Source: Azolla caroliniana
Taxonomy: Eukaryota > Plantae > Polypodiophyta
NCBI GenBank assembly: GCA_043228905.1
Contig: JBHGNT010000018.1
Coordinates: forward strand, 4,588,001 to 4,652,000
Length of the DNA stretch: 64,000 nt
Reading direction: 5' to 3'
Part shown: piece by piece, positions 11,629-23,852 of the stretch
Layout of the letters: the number at the start of each line of letters is the position of its first letter
Numbering within the stretch: the first letter of the stretch is position 1
Position numbers and translations under genes: made by a program
The notes under the pieces: generated by a model
What the model was told of the DNA's origin: nothing
Seen by the model: the letters and a program-made list of their open reading frames with translations, nothing else
Databases searched by the model: none

Positions 11629-12211
11629 TGTTAAGCGCTTGAATCGCACCACAACCGGTAATGAAGAAGAGTGCATCAACAAGGACGTAGTATGGCTAAA
11701 GGACCTACGAAGAGGGAATGGCAAGAGGAAAGATGGCTAAGGGACACCCAAGTGTGAAAGGTCCATACCCTAAATGTAAATGCTATATAAACTACATGGT
11801 GGTGGCTTTGTAAGGGTTCTTCCATTTGTAAAGATCTCCCTATTGCTTAAGAGCTAGAGCTTCCTCTCCTCCTTCTTGTAACCTTTAAGCTTAAGAGAGA
11901 TTAGTGAAGTGTTTAATTAGAGAACACTAATCTCTCTTCCTTGTTGGTGCTAGACCTCTTAGCAAAGAGGGTTAATAAACATATTCATTACTCTTATTGT
12001 CTATATTCATTACCCTATTGTCTATGAGATCGAGTTTGAGAGAGTGAGAGAGATATCGTGCTTAATCATCTATTAATCGTTAACTGAGTGTGAGGCTCAA
12101 AGGTGTCCGACAACCATCTCCGCCTGATTCACCATCAAAAGGGTATACACCGGTCCGAACTCCGCAAATGACATCGAGGAGTTAACTCCATCGATACATA
12201 GATCCTACACA
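11629..12211 (+). mobile_element. Solo LTR, 583 bp
   Basis: TG...CA ends, 5-bp TSD gtcat at 11624-11628 and 12212-12216, internal ctatataaa. LINE coding sequence resumes on both sides. Confidence 0.85.
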
Positions 12212-15200
12212 GTCATCTACTAATACCAACCTACCATTATCCAATACTTCATAAAAGTAGAGGCTGCCATTTTGATAATATAAAAGAGCTCCTATAAGTA
12301 TATTAAGTGTCGAAAACATACCGTACCAACTTTGAAAATGATCGAACTGCAAAGTTGGCATTGTAATCTGATACACCATGGACAATTGAGCTACCATTAT
12401 GTTTGCCCCTCTTAAGTTAGACAACCTATTCTTTTGGTCCTGCGTTGATGTCTGCAAAAAACTTTATCCAATCCGCAACCGTATGGGCTGGACCATTGTC
12501 CATTGCAACCCAAGATAACCTTGGTCGTAGACCCAACACACATGCAGCTTCATCCGTAAATAAAGGGTTCCATATCAAAGGTTGATGCATGAATTGAGTA
12601 TAATTTTTCGGTGGCTAGAAAACAAGTGTTTGACGAATACTTTCCCATGCCCAAAATATTCCATTAAAGAAACGTAACGATCCAACATTAGACTTAGGTA
12701 ATGGAAAATCTGCATTGAAAAACCATCTAAGACTATCATTCCATTGACCACCTATTGATGTTTGACCTTATGTAAATGCTAAATCCATAGCTTTTTCCAT
12801 AACTCCTCTCCTGGCAATAAACTCCTTACAACATGTTTAGAAAGTAAGACGTTACTTTGCATAAAAGGATCAATCAAACCTAGACCTCCTTTCTGCTTAG
12901 ATTGTATAAGAACTGACCCAGCTACCTTTGCTACTGAATTGTCTGAAATGGTGTTCCCCCAAATAAAATTTCGTACTAGGCGTTGAACTTTAAGCATTAT
13001 TGTCCTCGAAAACAGCCATGTAGATGCTATATACCAAATCGAGGACAAAAGCACCGAATTAGCTACAACTATATGTCCTGCTAAGGATAACTTTTCCTTA
13101 TTCCAATATATTAGCTTATTCCTTAATCTTAGCAACAAGGGTGCAACCATATCGTCTGCCTTTAATCCCAAACCCACTCTACAACCTAAATACCTAATGG
13201 ACTAACCTTGAGGTATCTAGGTGAATCCCAAAGAAGGCACATTAACTGGCAGATCTCCCGGAGCAACCCAAAAACTTGATGACTTATCCCAATTTATCAA
13301 TGCACTCAATGCATCTGAGAAATTGTTCACAACCTTTTTTTTTGCACCTGTGCCAAATTTAATTGTGAGGCCTAAACATATAAAGTTGTATCATCAGCAA
13401 ACTCGTTATCCACGACAGTATACGACACTGGTAGTGCTAATCCTTTAATATTTACATATTGAGAATTTAGATGTACAGAAAATGCCTCAAATACTAGTAA
13501 AAACAGGAAAGGAGCAAGTGGACATCCCTGTCGTACTGATCTTGAAATCGAAAATCTCCTACCAATATGCCCTGCAAATAAAGGAGAGCTATACGCATTA
13601 CGATATAACGCTGATACTCCTCGTATCCATGTGTTTGGGAAACCCATCCTAACCAATGTTCCCTCCATAAAATCCCAGTCCACTCTATCATAAGCCTTTT
13701 CAAAATCAAGAAATAACACCGTTAGGTCTTGCTTATGCAATTCCACAAAGGCAAAGAACAGTTTATTGACTTTATCTCCCGACTCTGCCCATGTAGACGA
13801 TATATTATGATAATTAAAATCCGCTGAAATCTTTTGTAATTCCAATATCTGGTTCCCTATATGTACCACTCGGGAATTTATATAACTCGAATATGGTCTT
13901 CTCTCTTGCAGATGTTGCAAGGATCCCAATCCCCTATGAAGTCTTCCTATTTTAGTACAAGACTCATAAAATACTTGTTTAGGTTTACAGTGAAAAAATT
14001 GTTGTGTTTCGCTAATAGCCTTGTGAACACTAGATAATGAATAATCATATTTATTCCAAATATTATGCACAATAAGAACCCAATCTTGCTAAGAAACACA
14101 TGATTCAGAATTCTAAACCTAGAAGTTATATGTTGCTCCTGCAAGACTATAACTAAACGAAGTGGTGCATGATCAGAAAAGGAAAATGAAGGTAAGATTC
14201 CAATTGAGCCTCCTTTGTCCCATAAAAACGTATCCGCATAAAATTTATCTAACTTAGACAAATTGGCCTGTGATTGTCTTCTATCCGATCGTGAATAAGC
14301 TAAGGAATCTTGCATCCGTACAAAAGATGACACATGCCACAAGTCCATTAAACCTAAAGAAAAGATCAAACGTTCCCATTCATATAATTCTGAACCAAAT
14401 AATGACTGTGATGTGCCTCCTAACCTATCACACCCATCCTCCAACATATTAAAGTCATTCACAATTGCCCAATGTTCAACAACTGGTAATTGTGGGATTA
14501 TGCTCCTCCATAATGTTGTTCTATCTCTTGCATGATTTGGTGCATAAATATTCAACAAACCTCACTTCTTTAAACCAATTTGAAGAATTATATAATGACC
14601 TCTACCACAAGCCAAAACTCTGTAATGTAAGAAAGAAGACCACCAAATATCGCTTATTGCAATGCAAAGACCTGCTTTCAAACTATTATCCCCAATTGCA
14701 GGCACCCAGAATTGTTTCCACTGGCCTGGCAACAAATTTCCATATTTTTGAATCCTTTGTTCATTTAAATGATGCTCTTGAATAAGAAAAACATCAATCC
14801 TACCTATCAAAGATTTCCTTAACTAACGGCAGAAAACACTCCTTACCTTACAACAATCTCTACCTTCGAAGCCCCTTACATTCCATGAAATAATATTTAA
14901 CCTATCCATCATTCATGTTTTGCCCTCCTACTCTCCTTTCAGCTAGTGCACCTTCTCTACCTTTCCTTCCATCCTCCGCAACCCTTAATTGTCTCTTATT
15001 TGACCAAATGTCTTTCCCCGACAACTTTGCACGCATTGGCAAATGTTTATCTACTATAGCAACCCTATCAGAAGACTTAGCAGCTGTAAAAGCCACTATA
15101 TTGCCACAATCCATGTCAGCATGTGGTAGGTCTACCTTGACCACTTCCTTTGTTGTAAACTCGTTCAAAACTATGGACCTATCATCTTGTTGTACTTTAT

Positions 15201-16110
15201 GTAAAACCAATTGTTTGTCCTTCATTAATTGATTATTAACCTTAGAAAAAGATTCTACCGTTTGTACCTTGAAAGATTTGTCGTGCGAATTATGTTCAAG
15301 CTAATGCTCCATTGTGCAATTTGGGAGGGACAATGTTGTCCAGAGGACAGAAATGAAAAATTAGGAAATTAGCAAACGCCGAGTCCGAGTATCACAGGCC
15401 ACCGATGGCTCGGCTGTGTGTAAGGGGAAAAGTTATTTAAACGAGGAGCAGTACCTCAGAAAGGGAGAGAAGAAAATTATAGGCGGAACCACTAGCTTAT
15501 TCATTCGAATTAGATAAACTCGTAAGGTCACCGGCCATAGGCCGTGTTCTGTAATCCTTTTTTGCCATAGTAATATATCTTATTTGTGCCTATTCGGCTA
15601 CACGAGTCTATGTTTCGATCTATACCTATGAGTTTCACGCCGCCACGTCTATCAAAACCTCGCTAGTGTTTTCTCTCTGAGCCCTATATCTCTCTCGACG
15701 CCTCTGTACGAGCCTTCATGTACCATGCCCTTGAAGACCGATAGACGAAGATCTATCGAAGGTGTTCACCCAAAGGAACGGGTAACACAATTTGGCACGC
15801 CCGGTTACAACTGTGAGTGCACAACGAACTTCGTTGAAGGTAACCACCAGCCGCCGTTACGGCGCCCTCTCGCACCACGAGGTCTCGGCCACCTGCCCGA
15901 CGCCCTGAGCCAGTCGAAGGAACTTCTGACTCGGCGGTCACTGACCAATCCTTTCCCGATCAATCGGGGGCTTGTCCAGTGCAATCTTCGCCACCGGACA
16001 CTCGATCGCGAGTGGATTCACCACCAGCGCCCCCGTCGAGCCCTCCGGAGGTCAATCAACCGGAACTCAACCCTTTTCCGGTGCTACCAGAAGAACCATA
16101 GTACGACATC

Positions 16111-19100
16111 ATGCCGTACCCATACCCACGATATGCCGATGGACCTGACACGGAGTCACACGTCCGTGCCTTCATATCCACGTGGCAGGCAAACCACTCC
16201 ACGCACCGCCTCACACCAGCCGAAATCGATGCATCGAAGATTGCCGAGTTCACACTCTCCCTCGAGGGACCGACTGCACGATGGTACTCTCGTCTCGAAA
16301 TAGGAGAGGCCACCACTTTCCAAATCGTGCGCTCAAAGTTACTTGAACTTTTTTATCGCGAGGTGCCTAAACGGGAACTGTTACGGCAATTCTTCTCTAT
16401 ATGCCAGGAACCGCACGAAACGGTCGCGCAGTTCACGATCCGGTTCCAGGATCTCTACAGACAAGTGGCCGATGATGTCTCGGCACAACATATACCGGAC
16501 ACTTTCCTATCCAGTTTACGAGAGCCGCTACGAACGACTCTCGCACTTACAAATTTCGCCAACCATACTATCAAACAAGTCATAGCGCGCGTTCTCGCCC
16601 TCGATCGGAACCAGCACGGCACGGCCTTCTCGATGACATCCTTGCAAAACGCTCTTCCCCAAGAGGACAATCGCTTTCGCCAAGCCCTCCAATGCACTGC
16701 GTGTTCAAGATCAGGGCACCTAGCCCTCGAATGTCCCCACCGACCACAGTGTCCGATCTAACAGTCTCGAGCTCACACGGTCAAGCAGTGCGAATATAAT
16801 ATGCTGAACCACACAACGACAGCACCGGTCCGCCAGATCGAGCCACGCAATACATACTCTCGGCAGGACGAGCGATATATCTACCGTGACCAGGATAACG
16901 ACCAACCGCGATCCCCGGATCGATGGCGCCGAAACGACGACTACCAACGTGATAATCGCCGTGATTATTATCGCGATGACCGGCACGACGATTATGCTCG
17001 ATACGATGATGATCGCGATGATCGGTATGACCGAAGGAACTCACGCATGGATCGGCGTAACGGCAATCGCAACACACGCAACAACAGAAGACCTAATCAC
17101 AACCGCCGACGGGACGCTCCTCAACATGACCAGCGCAACTCCAATGCACCTCGGAACAACCCACCACCAAACGAGACCGAGGATCAACAACAACAGCTTC
17201 CACACACAGACTGAGCGGACACCAGCAGCTCGGCCAACGTGACATGTTTTAAATGTAACCAACTAGGCCATTACGCCACGCAATGTCCGACAACCAACCG
17301 TGGCAAGGCACCCGCGGTAAACAGTATCATGGCCGATGTTGAAACGGTCACTACCCGGAGTAAAGCACAGACTACTCAGTGGCAAATCCAGGATGAAGTA
17401 CGACAAGCAGCAAAAGAATGGGTCGACACGGCCAATAAAAATAATGTCGCACGCATGCAAACGGACATGAGGGACGGGCCCAGTGAAGTACCACAAACCC
17501 CGGCACCACCCACGTCGGAGGAGGACGACCAGCTATGGGATATGCTTACCAATTCCCGCATCTCGCTGCCCCTACATAAACTGCTACCACTCATGCCGAG
17601 ATTTCGGGACACCCTGGCGGCACTACAGGCCAATACTAAGACCGTGACACCATCGGTACACCTCACCGAAGTAGGAACCGGTCCACCACTCATGGATTCT
17701 CAAAACCCAGCCGTGCGAATCATCATTAAGGGACAAGACCTGCACGGATGCATCATCGACGGTGGGTCTGGCGTAAACGTTATTAGCAAATCAACGTGTC
17801 TCAAACTCGGCCTGAATCAATGGGAACCATGCCCCTTTTGGCTTCGGATGGCCGACACCCGCTCCGTTCGACCCATTGGTTTAATCCGCCATCTCGACTT
17901 TACACTCGGAGGCCACATGTTCACGATCCCGGCCGTCATGCTACGACTGGAGACACAAGGCGCCTATCCTATGTTACTAGGTCGATTGTGGTTGCGTACA
18001 GCGAATATCAAGCAACATTGGCAACGCAACATGATCTCGTTCCGAAGAGGGAAGACAAAAGTCCAGATCATCACTGAAGAATGAGTCCCCGTCGCCCTCA
18101 ACACTTCGCCGTTATACGCGGAAGGGGTCCATATGCTCGACGGATTGGCCGATGAGGAGGTCGATGACTTCCTAGATGATCATCTGACGATCATTCCTCT
18201 CTTCGAAATCAATGCCTTACCAATCATCGAGCCATCTAAAGACGAGGAAGTCACGGAGGAGTCACCACCCCAAGATGAACCCGCAACAACCACAGTTGTC
18301 GAGCTACGTCATGCTCGGGAGGCTTTCAAATGCGAACTCGCCGTTTCACAACGAGTGAAAGCATCAACCCTGGAAACAATAAACCTCGGTTCGGACGAGA
18401 ATCCCCGTACGGTACAAATTGCCAATAATCTACCAACCAGCGAACGGGCATGCCTCGTCAAATTACTCATCGACTACCAGGATGTTTTCGCTTGGTCTTA
18501 CACTGATATGAAGGGGCTGGATCCTCAATACTACCAACATCAAATTCACATCTTACCCGCCACTCGGCCGGTTCAGCAGAGGCGCTACAGGATGAACCCC
18601 AACTACGCCGCTAAAGTCAAAGAGGAAATTGACAAGTTACTCTGAGTGGGCTTCATTCGTCCTGTTAAACGGGCTACATGGTTGAGCCCGATCGTAGTGG
18701 TCCCAAAGAAGAACGGCAAAATCCGCGTGTGCGTCGACTATCAGAAGCTTAACGCGACAACAGTCACCGACGGGTTCCCTCTTCCATTCACGGATAGCGT
18801 CCTCGACACGGTAGCCGGCCACGAATGCTACAGCTTCCTCGATGGGTTCAACGGCTATAACCAGATAAGAATGCACCCGGAGGATCAGGAGAAAACCGCC
18901 TTCGTCACGGAATGGGGTGTTTTTGTAGCAGAAGTTATGATGTTCGGTCTAAAAATAGCGCCGGCTACGTTCCAGCGCATCATCACTGAAATCTTTCATG
19001 ACTACATCCCGACGTTCATGCAAGTTTTTCTCGACGATTTCGCCGTGTATGGCCATCGACGGGAACACATGACCCAGTTACGACTCTGCCTGGACCGATG

Positions 19101-21252
19101 TCGCCAAGCTCGATTGAGTTTAAACTCGACGAAATGCGCATTCTTAGTCACCAACGGCAACCTTCTCGGCCACATTGTTAGTCAAGAAGGCATCACTATG
19201 GACCCGAATAAAGTAAATGAAATCCTGGAGGCCACCGCACCCTCGAACGCTAAGGCACTAAGCCGTTTTTTGGGACAGATCCGGTGGCACAGCCGAATGA
19301 TACGACACCTGGCTGATTTCGCGACACCCTTACACGCGGCAGTCCATCGCCTTCCTTTCCAATGGACGTCAGTCAAAGACATGGCCTATCAGACCCTCAA
19401 ACGAATGTTGTCACATGCCCCGGTGGTCCAGTCTCCGGTTTGGTCCGAACCGTTTCATGTCTTCGTGGATGCTTCGGACATCACCATCGGAAGTGCTCTG
19501 ATGCAATGCACACCCCCGAATTGGTATAGGCCCGTGTACTACGCCAGCCGACGGCTCTCAACCGTGGAAAAGAATTACTCCACCACCGAGCGGGAGGCTC
19601 TCGGTATGATTTATAGCATCAATAAATTTCGGCATTATCTCTTGGGCCGAAAATTTACCTTTCACGTGGATCACTCGGCCCTTCTTTATTTGGTCAATAA
19701 ACAAGCCCTCACCGGACGGTTGGCTCGGTGGATGCTCCTACTACAAGAGTTTGATTTTCAGATTCAGCATCGACCCGAGGTACAACATGTCGTCGCCGAC
19801 TACTTGAGCCGTCTTGAGTCAGGAGAACCGGCGAAAACAACGTACGACGAGCTACCGGACGCCAGCCTATTTAACCTGACCACAGTACCAGACGATAACG
19901 GAGATGAATGGATCAGGAGATGACCCATTTTCTCACTACCGGTGTACCTCCCGAGCACATGACCATTGACACGAGAAAACGCCTAGCAGTGCGGAGCCGG
20001 AATTTTTGCCTCTTCTCGGACATTCTCTACCACAAAGGCTCGGACGGCATATGGCGCCGAGCGATTCAGCAGTAACTCCAGAAGAACGTTGTTCTTCAGG
20101 AAGCCCACCAGGGAGTATCTGGGGGACACTACGCCGGGGATTCCACGGCAAGGAAAGTTTGGCAAAGTGGATTATGGTGGCCGACAACAAAGAAAGACGC
20201 TCACGAGTTTTGCCGGCAGTGCGATTTGTGTCAACGTCTGGGGCAACCAATGGAACAGTCACGGATGCCACACCAGCCAATTCTTCCGTTGGACCCATTT
20301 CAAAAATGGGGTTTGGATTTTGTAGGTCCTTTCAAACCACCCGTAGCCCGAACAGGGAATAGATATATTATTGTTGCCACAGATTACTGCACCAAATGGG
20401 TCGAGGCTAAGGCACTCCGAGATAACACGGCGGCATCCACGGCTAAATTTGTGTACGAGCACCTCTGGTGCCGTTACGGATGTCCAATCGAGCTCGTTAG
20501 TCACCAAGGTGGGCACTTCATCAATCATATAATACGTGAGCTTACACACCACTACGCGGTGGTGCACAAGAAAAGCACACCATACTACTCGCAGGTGAAC
20601 GGTTTGGCAGAATCGACAAATAAAATCCTCCAAACCATACTGAAGAAGATCATCAATGAAAACAGGACCCATTGGGATGACAAACTCCAGAGCGCGTTGT
20701 GGGCGTATCGTAAGACTTTCAAAACAAGCATCCAATCGACCCCCTTTCGAATGGCGTTCGGATTAGAAGCCGTAATGCCCGTTGAGTTCCAAGTCCCGAG
20801 CCTCCGAGTTCAAGTCAAAGCACGACTCCCCGAGGCGGAAGCCAAGCAATACCGGCTGGAACAACTCCTCGAACTCGGGGAAGATAGGATAGAAAGTATG
20901 GCCCAGCTCGAACAACGCCAACGGCAACACAAGGCTTTCGTGGATCGACATCGACACGGGCTGGAGAAGGAGCTCACCATCGGCAAACTAGTCCTTCTTT
21001 TCCAAACACGACTCGGGTCAATGCCGGGAAAACTAAGATTTCGGTGGACCAGTCCATTCTAGATTATCGACGAGTTCAATGGGACGTTCCAACTCGGCAC
21101 ACTCGCCGGCGACACGGTCAAAAGCTGGGCCAATGGGTTTCGGCTTAGACCATATCGAGGGACTACACCACCCAACCCGTTTACCAAGCTACACGACACC
21201 AACGAGACTCGGGAGATCACCACGGAGGACGCCACGTGTCCCCCTGCATAAG
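16111..21252 (+). pseudogene. Gypsy gag-pol, disrupted
   Basis: Gag with zinc knuckles (CTACSRSGHLALEC, CFKCNQLGHYATQC), protease IIDGGSGVN, RT (WLSPIVVVPKK, FLDD), RNase H (VFVDAS, YSTTEREAL), integrase (WGLDFVGP, NGLAE). Stops at 16759, 17212, 18082, 18643, 21060 and frameshifts near 19920-20100. Start approximate. Confidence 0.92.
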
Positions 21253-21482
21253 GACTCACCCACCTTCTTGAAATTAATAAAAGTAGTAGTAGGTAGGATT
21301 AACCATAGTTAGCCACTGTTTAGCTAAACCTACACCACCCACCTAGGCACCTCAATTTTAGGAGCACCCCTCGCCACCACTCAGTTAGTACCTATTTAAG
21401 TTGTTCACACATGTAAACCACATGCAAAGCACACTAGAAGCACCCCACTCACCTTCAGGACATGTGGTGCTAGTCACTTATT

Positions 21483-23852
21483 ATGGCACCCACGACTCAG
21501 AATCTTCAGGATTCGCTGCAGGTACAAAACCCTAGGAATAAGTTACCAAAACCGTTTCCAAAATGCAGCACAGACCATTATCGCTCTCCATCTTCATTGC
21601 TCTCAAGAATAGAAACCCCATCTCGCTCTCAACACGCGAAGCGCTCTTGCTCTCAAGTCCTCTTCCGCTCCCATAACCTCTCTGCTGGACTTCCACTTCC
21701 TGCTGCTCCTGCTGTAGCTCACCCTCGCCTCATCACTTTGCTTCACGCTTCCACACAGTCGAACTCAGCCTCCATCTCCACTATGCCTCTTACCGCCTCA
21801 GCAGAAACCCACGCCTGGCTCCAGGAACAAGGAATGGGCGGTTACCTGAAGATCATCGATGCTCCCGCGCACCCAGATGCCCAAACTGTGGCGAAACGTA
21901 TAAGTCCCGAAGCCATCACCAACAACGTGCTTCGGGCTGTTTTGAACTTGCAACGGGGAGGGAACCATGAGGTCGACATACCCCCGACATCAAAGATGAA
22001 GGCATACTTCAGTGAGTACTCAGCCACAGGGAAGGCATATCGCACGTATGGCGGACCCAACAAAGCTTTCGGGGAGATTGCTCGTATCTTGATGGAGTAT
22101 GCATTCGTGCATACGAACCCAACGAGCATGCCGCAGAACAAGGCAACCATCATCATCAGCGCTTATGAAGGAAACAGAATCGATTGGGGAATCATCACAG
22201 GCGAAGGGCTCCGCGCCGCCTTAGTTTCATTTCAGTCCGGTAAGAAGATGTTGTCTGTTCTTACCCACTTTTTGATGGTGCTATACCCACCCTCGTCGCT
22301 TCCTTCCCCTCGTGCACTCACATCCCCACCACCACCACGAAGGCAGAGAGAGAAATTCGTGGCCATTAGCCACGAAGCATGGGAGGAGCCCACATCGCCT
22401 TCACCCCCTGTCGCCGACCAAAAAACCGCATCGGCACCACCACCCGCCCAACCCCAACAAAAAAGGGTAGTTTCCGAGACCTGCCAAGAATGGGAGGGGG
22501 AGGTAGCCGCGGAAGACAACACGGCTGATGACGTCACCATTCGACAGCCATCCGAGCACAACCAAGAGGCGATGGCTCGCCTAAAAGAAGAAGCTTCCAA
22601 GCAAATGGCCGAGATAAGAGCCCAGGCCGACCGAAGGATACACGACCAGAACGAAGCACTGGGCCGGATACAAGCGCAAGCCGCGGCCAAGGAAGCCGAA
22701 CTCAAAAGCAAGCTAGAGGAATACGCAGCCACAGTGGTGAAGAAAGAGACGGAGGTTCTAGACCTACAGGCCGCACTCGACAATGCACACGACTGGAACC
22801 AGCGGCAGGAGGAAAGAAATCGCGAACGGGAGGAGAGGATGAACGTGGAGAATGTCGAGCTGCAGAGTCAGCGTACGACCCTTAAAGAGATGGCTGACGA
22901 GTTTTTCATCAAGTGCAAGCTACTTTCAGAGCAAAAAGACGCTTTATCGGATTCCTACTTCACCCTACAAGAAGAGAGAATCGTTGAACGAGAACAAATC
23001 CGGGCCACGTGTCAGAAAGAACGGGAGCAGGCCACCGAAGAACTCACCAAGCGTTACGAGCAAGCTCTCCAGCTCGTAACCGCGGATGCAAAGAACAGTC
23101 AGACCATCTATGAGCTAAAAGCACAGAAGATTCAGGCCGAGGTCGACGGCTTAAAACAGGAATTAGTAGCCATCCGAGCACAGCCCGGCATGGATGAGAC
23201 ACGCATCCGCATACTGCTCGAGAAACAGCGCCAGCACCTTACCAAAAAGGTCGAGGAAACATTTAGTCGCGCAGGAGACAAATGGGCAGCCCAAGCTGCC
23301 GAATTGCATATTTTACGCGCCGACGCCGAGAACCGACGGAAGGAGGGCCGCGGCTTCTACAAAATGGACGAAGCCAACATTCAAAACCTGCGTGCAGATT
23401 TAACCGAGGATTACCAGTCTCTGGCAAAATCTCACACCGCGGCAATCGAGCAACTAATGGAGGACTTCAATGACGGTCAGATGTTGTTTCGCCTGGAAGC
23501 AGAAGCCTTCGAACGAGAACGACTCGCAGCCATCCCCACCAGCCCTCCAACAGCCACAGAGCAGAAAGAAGAACCTCCCAGCGAGGAGATCACGGACATG
23601 GGACAGGAGGAACTTGCCCCGGCCAACCGACACCCCATGGACGTCCACACGGTACCAGAGCCTGTCGAAGGAGAGGCCAGCGCCCACGAACCCACACCCC
23701 CACCAGAAGAATCGGCCGCACCCGAGGCGGACAGCCGAGAAGATATGCCACCCCCGGACCAAACTCAAACCCTCGCACCGACAGTCCAACCAGACCACCC
23801 TTCTACCACCCCGGACCCCGAAAGCATCCTCAACATCTTAAAGGAGGAATGA
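21483..23852 (+). CDS. Extra ORF of the Gypsy element, 789 aa (globular N-part, Pro-rich linker, long coiled coil, acidic tail)
   Basis: Uninterrupted ORF between integrase and the 3' LTR. IDWGII..LRAAL segment, then heptad-rich E/Q/K/A region. The true start may be a later Met (~21783). Confidence 0.8.
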   Translation: MAPTTQNLQDSLQVQNPRNKLPKPFPKCSTDHYRSPSSLLSRIETPSRSQHAKRSCSQVLFRSHNLSAGLPLPAAPAVAHPRLITLLHASTQSNSASISTMPLTASAETHAWLQEQGMGGYLKIIDAPAHPDAQTVAKRISPEAITNNVLRAVLNLQRGGNHEVDIPPTSKMKAYFSEYSATGKAYRTYGGPNKAFGEIARILMEYAFVHTNPTSMPQNKATIIISAYEGNRIDWGIITGEGLRAALVSFQSGKKMLSVLTHFLMVLYPPSSLPSPRALTSPPPPRRQREKFVAISHEAWEEPTSPSPPVADQKTASAPPPAQPQQKRVVSETCQEWEGEVAAEDNTADDVTIRQPSEHNQEAMARLKEEASKQMAEIRAQADRRIHDQNEALGRIQAQAAAKEAELKSKLEEYAATVVKKETEVLDLQAALDNAHDWNQRQEERNREREERMNVENVELQSQRTTLKEMADEFFIKCKLLSEQKDALSDSYFTLQEERIVEREQIRATCQKEREQATEELTKRYEQALQLVTADAKNSQTIYELKAQKIQAEVDGLKQELVAIRAQPGMDETRIRILLEKQRQHLTKKVEETFSRAGDKWAAQAAELHILRADAENRRKEGRGFYKMDEANIQNLRADLTEDYQSLAKSHTAAIEQLMEDFNDGQMLFRLEAEAFERERLAAIPTSPPTATEQKEEPPSEEITDMGQEELAPANRHPMDVHTVPEPVEGEASAHEPTPPPEESAAPEADSREDMPPPDQTQTLAPTVQPDHPSTTPDPESILNILKEE

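Noticed and set aside
16056-23800. Numerous antisense and alternate-frame ORFs in the Gypsy element
   Set aside because: Shadows of GC-rich coding sequence
21483-23852. Calling the extra ORF an envelope protein
   Set aside because: No signal peptide or clear transmembrane helix is visible
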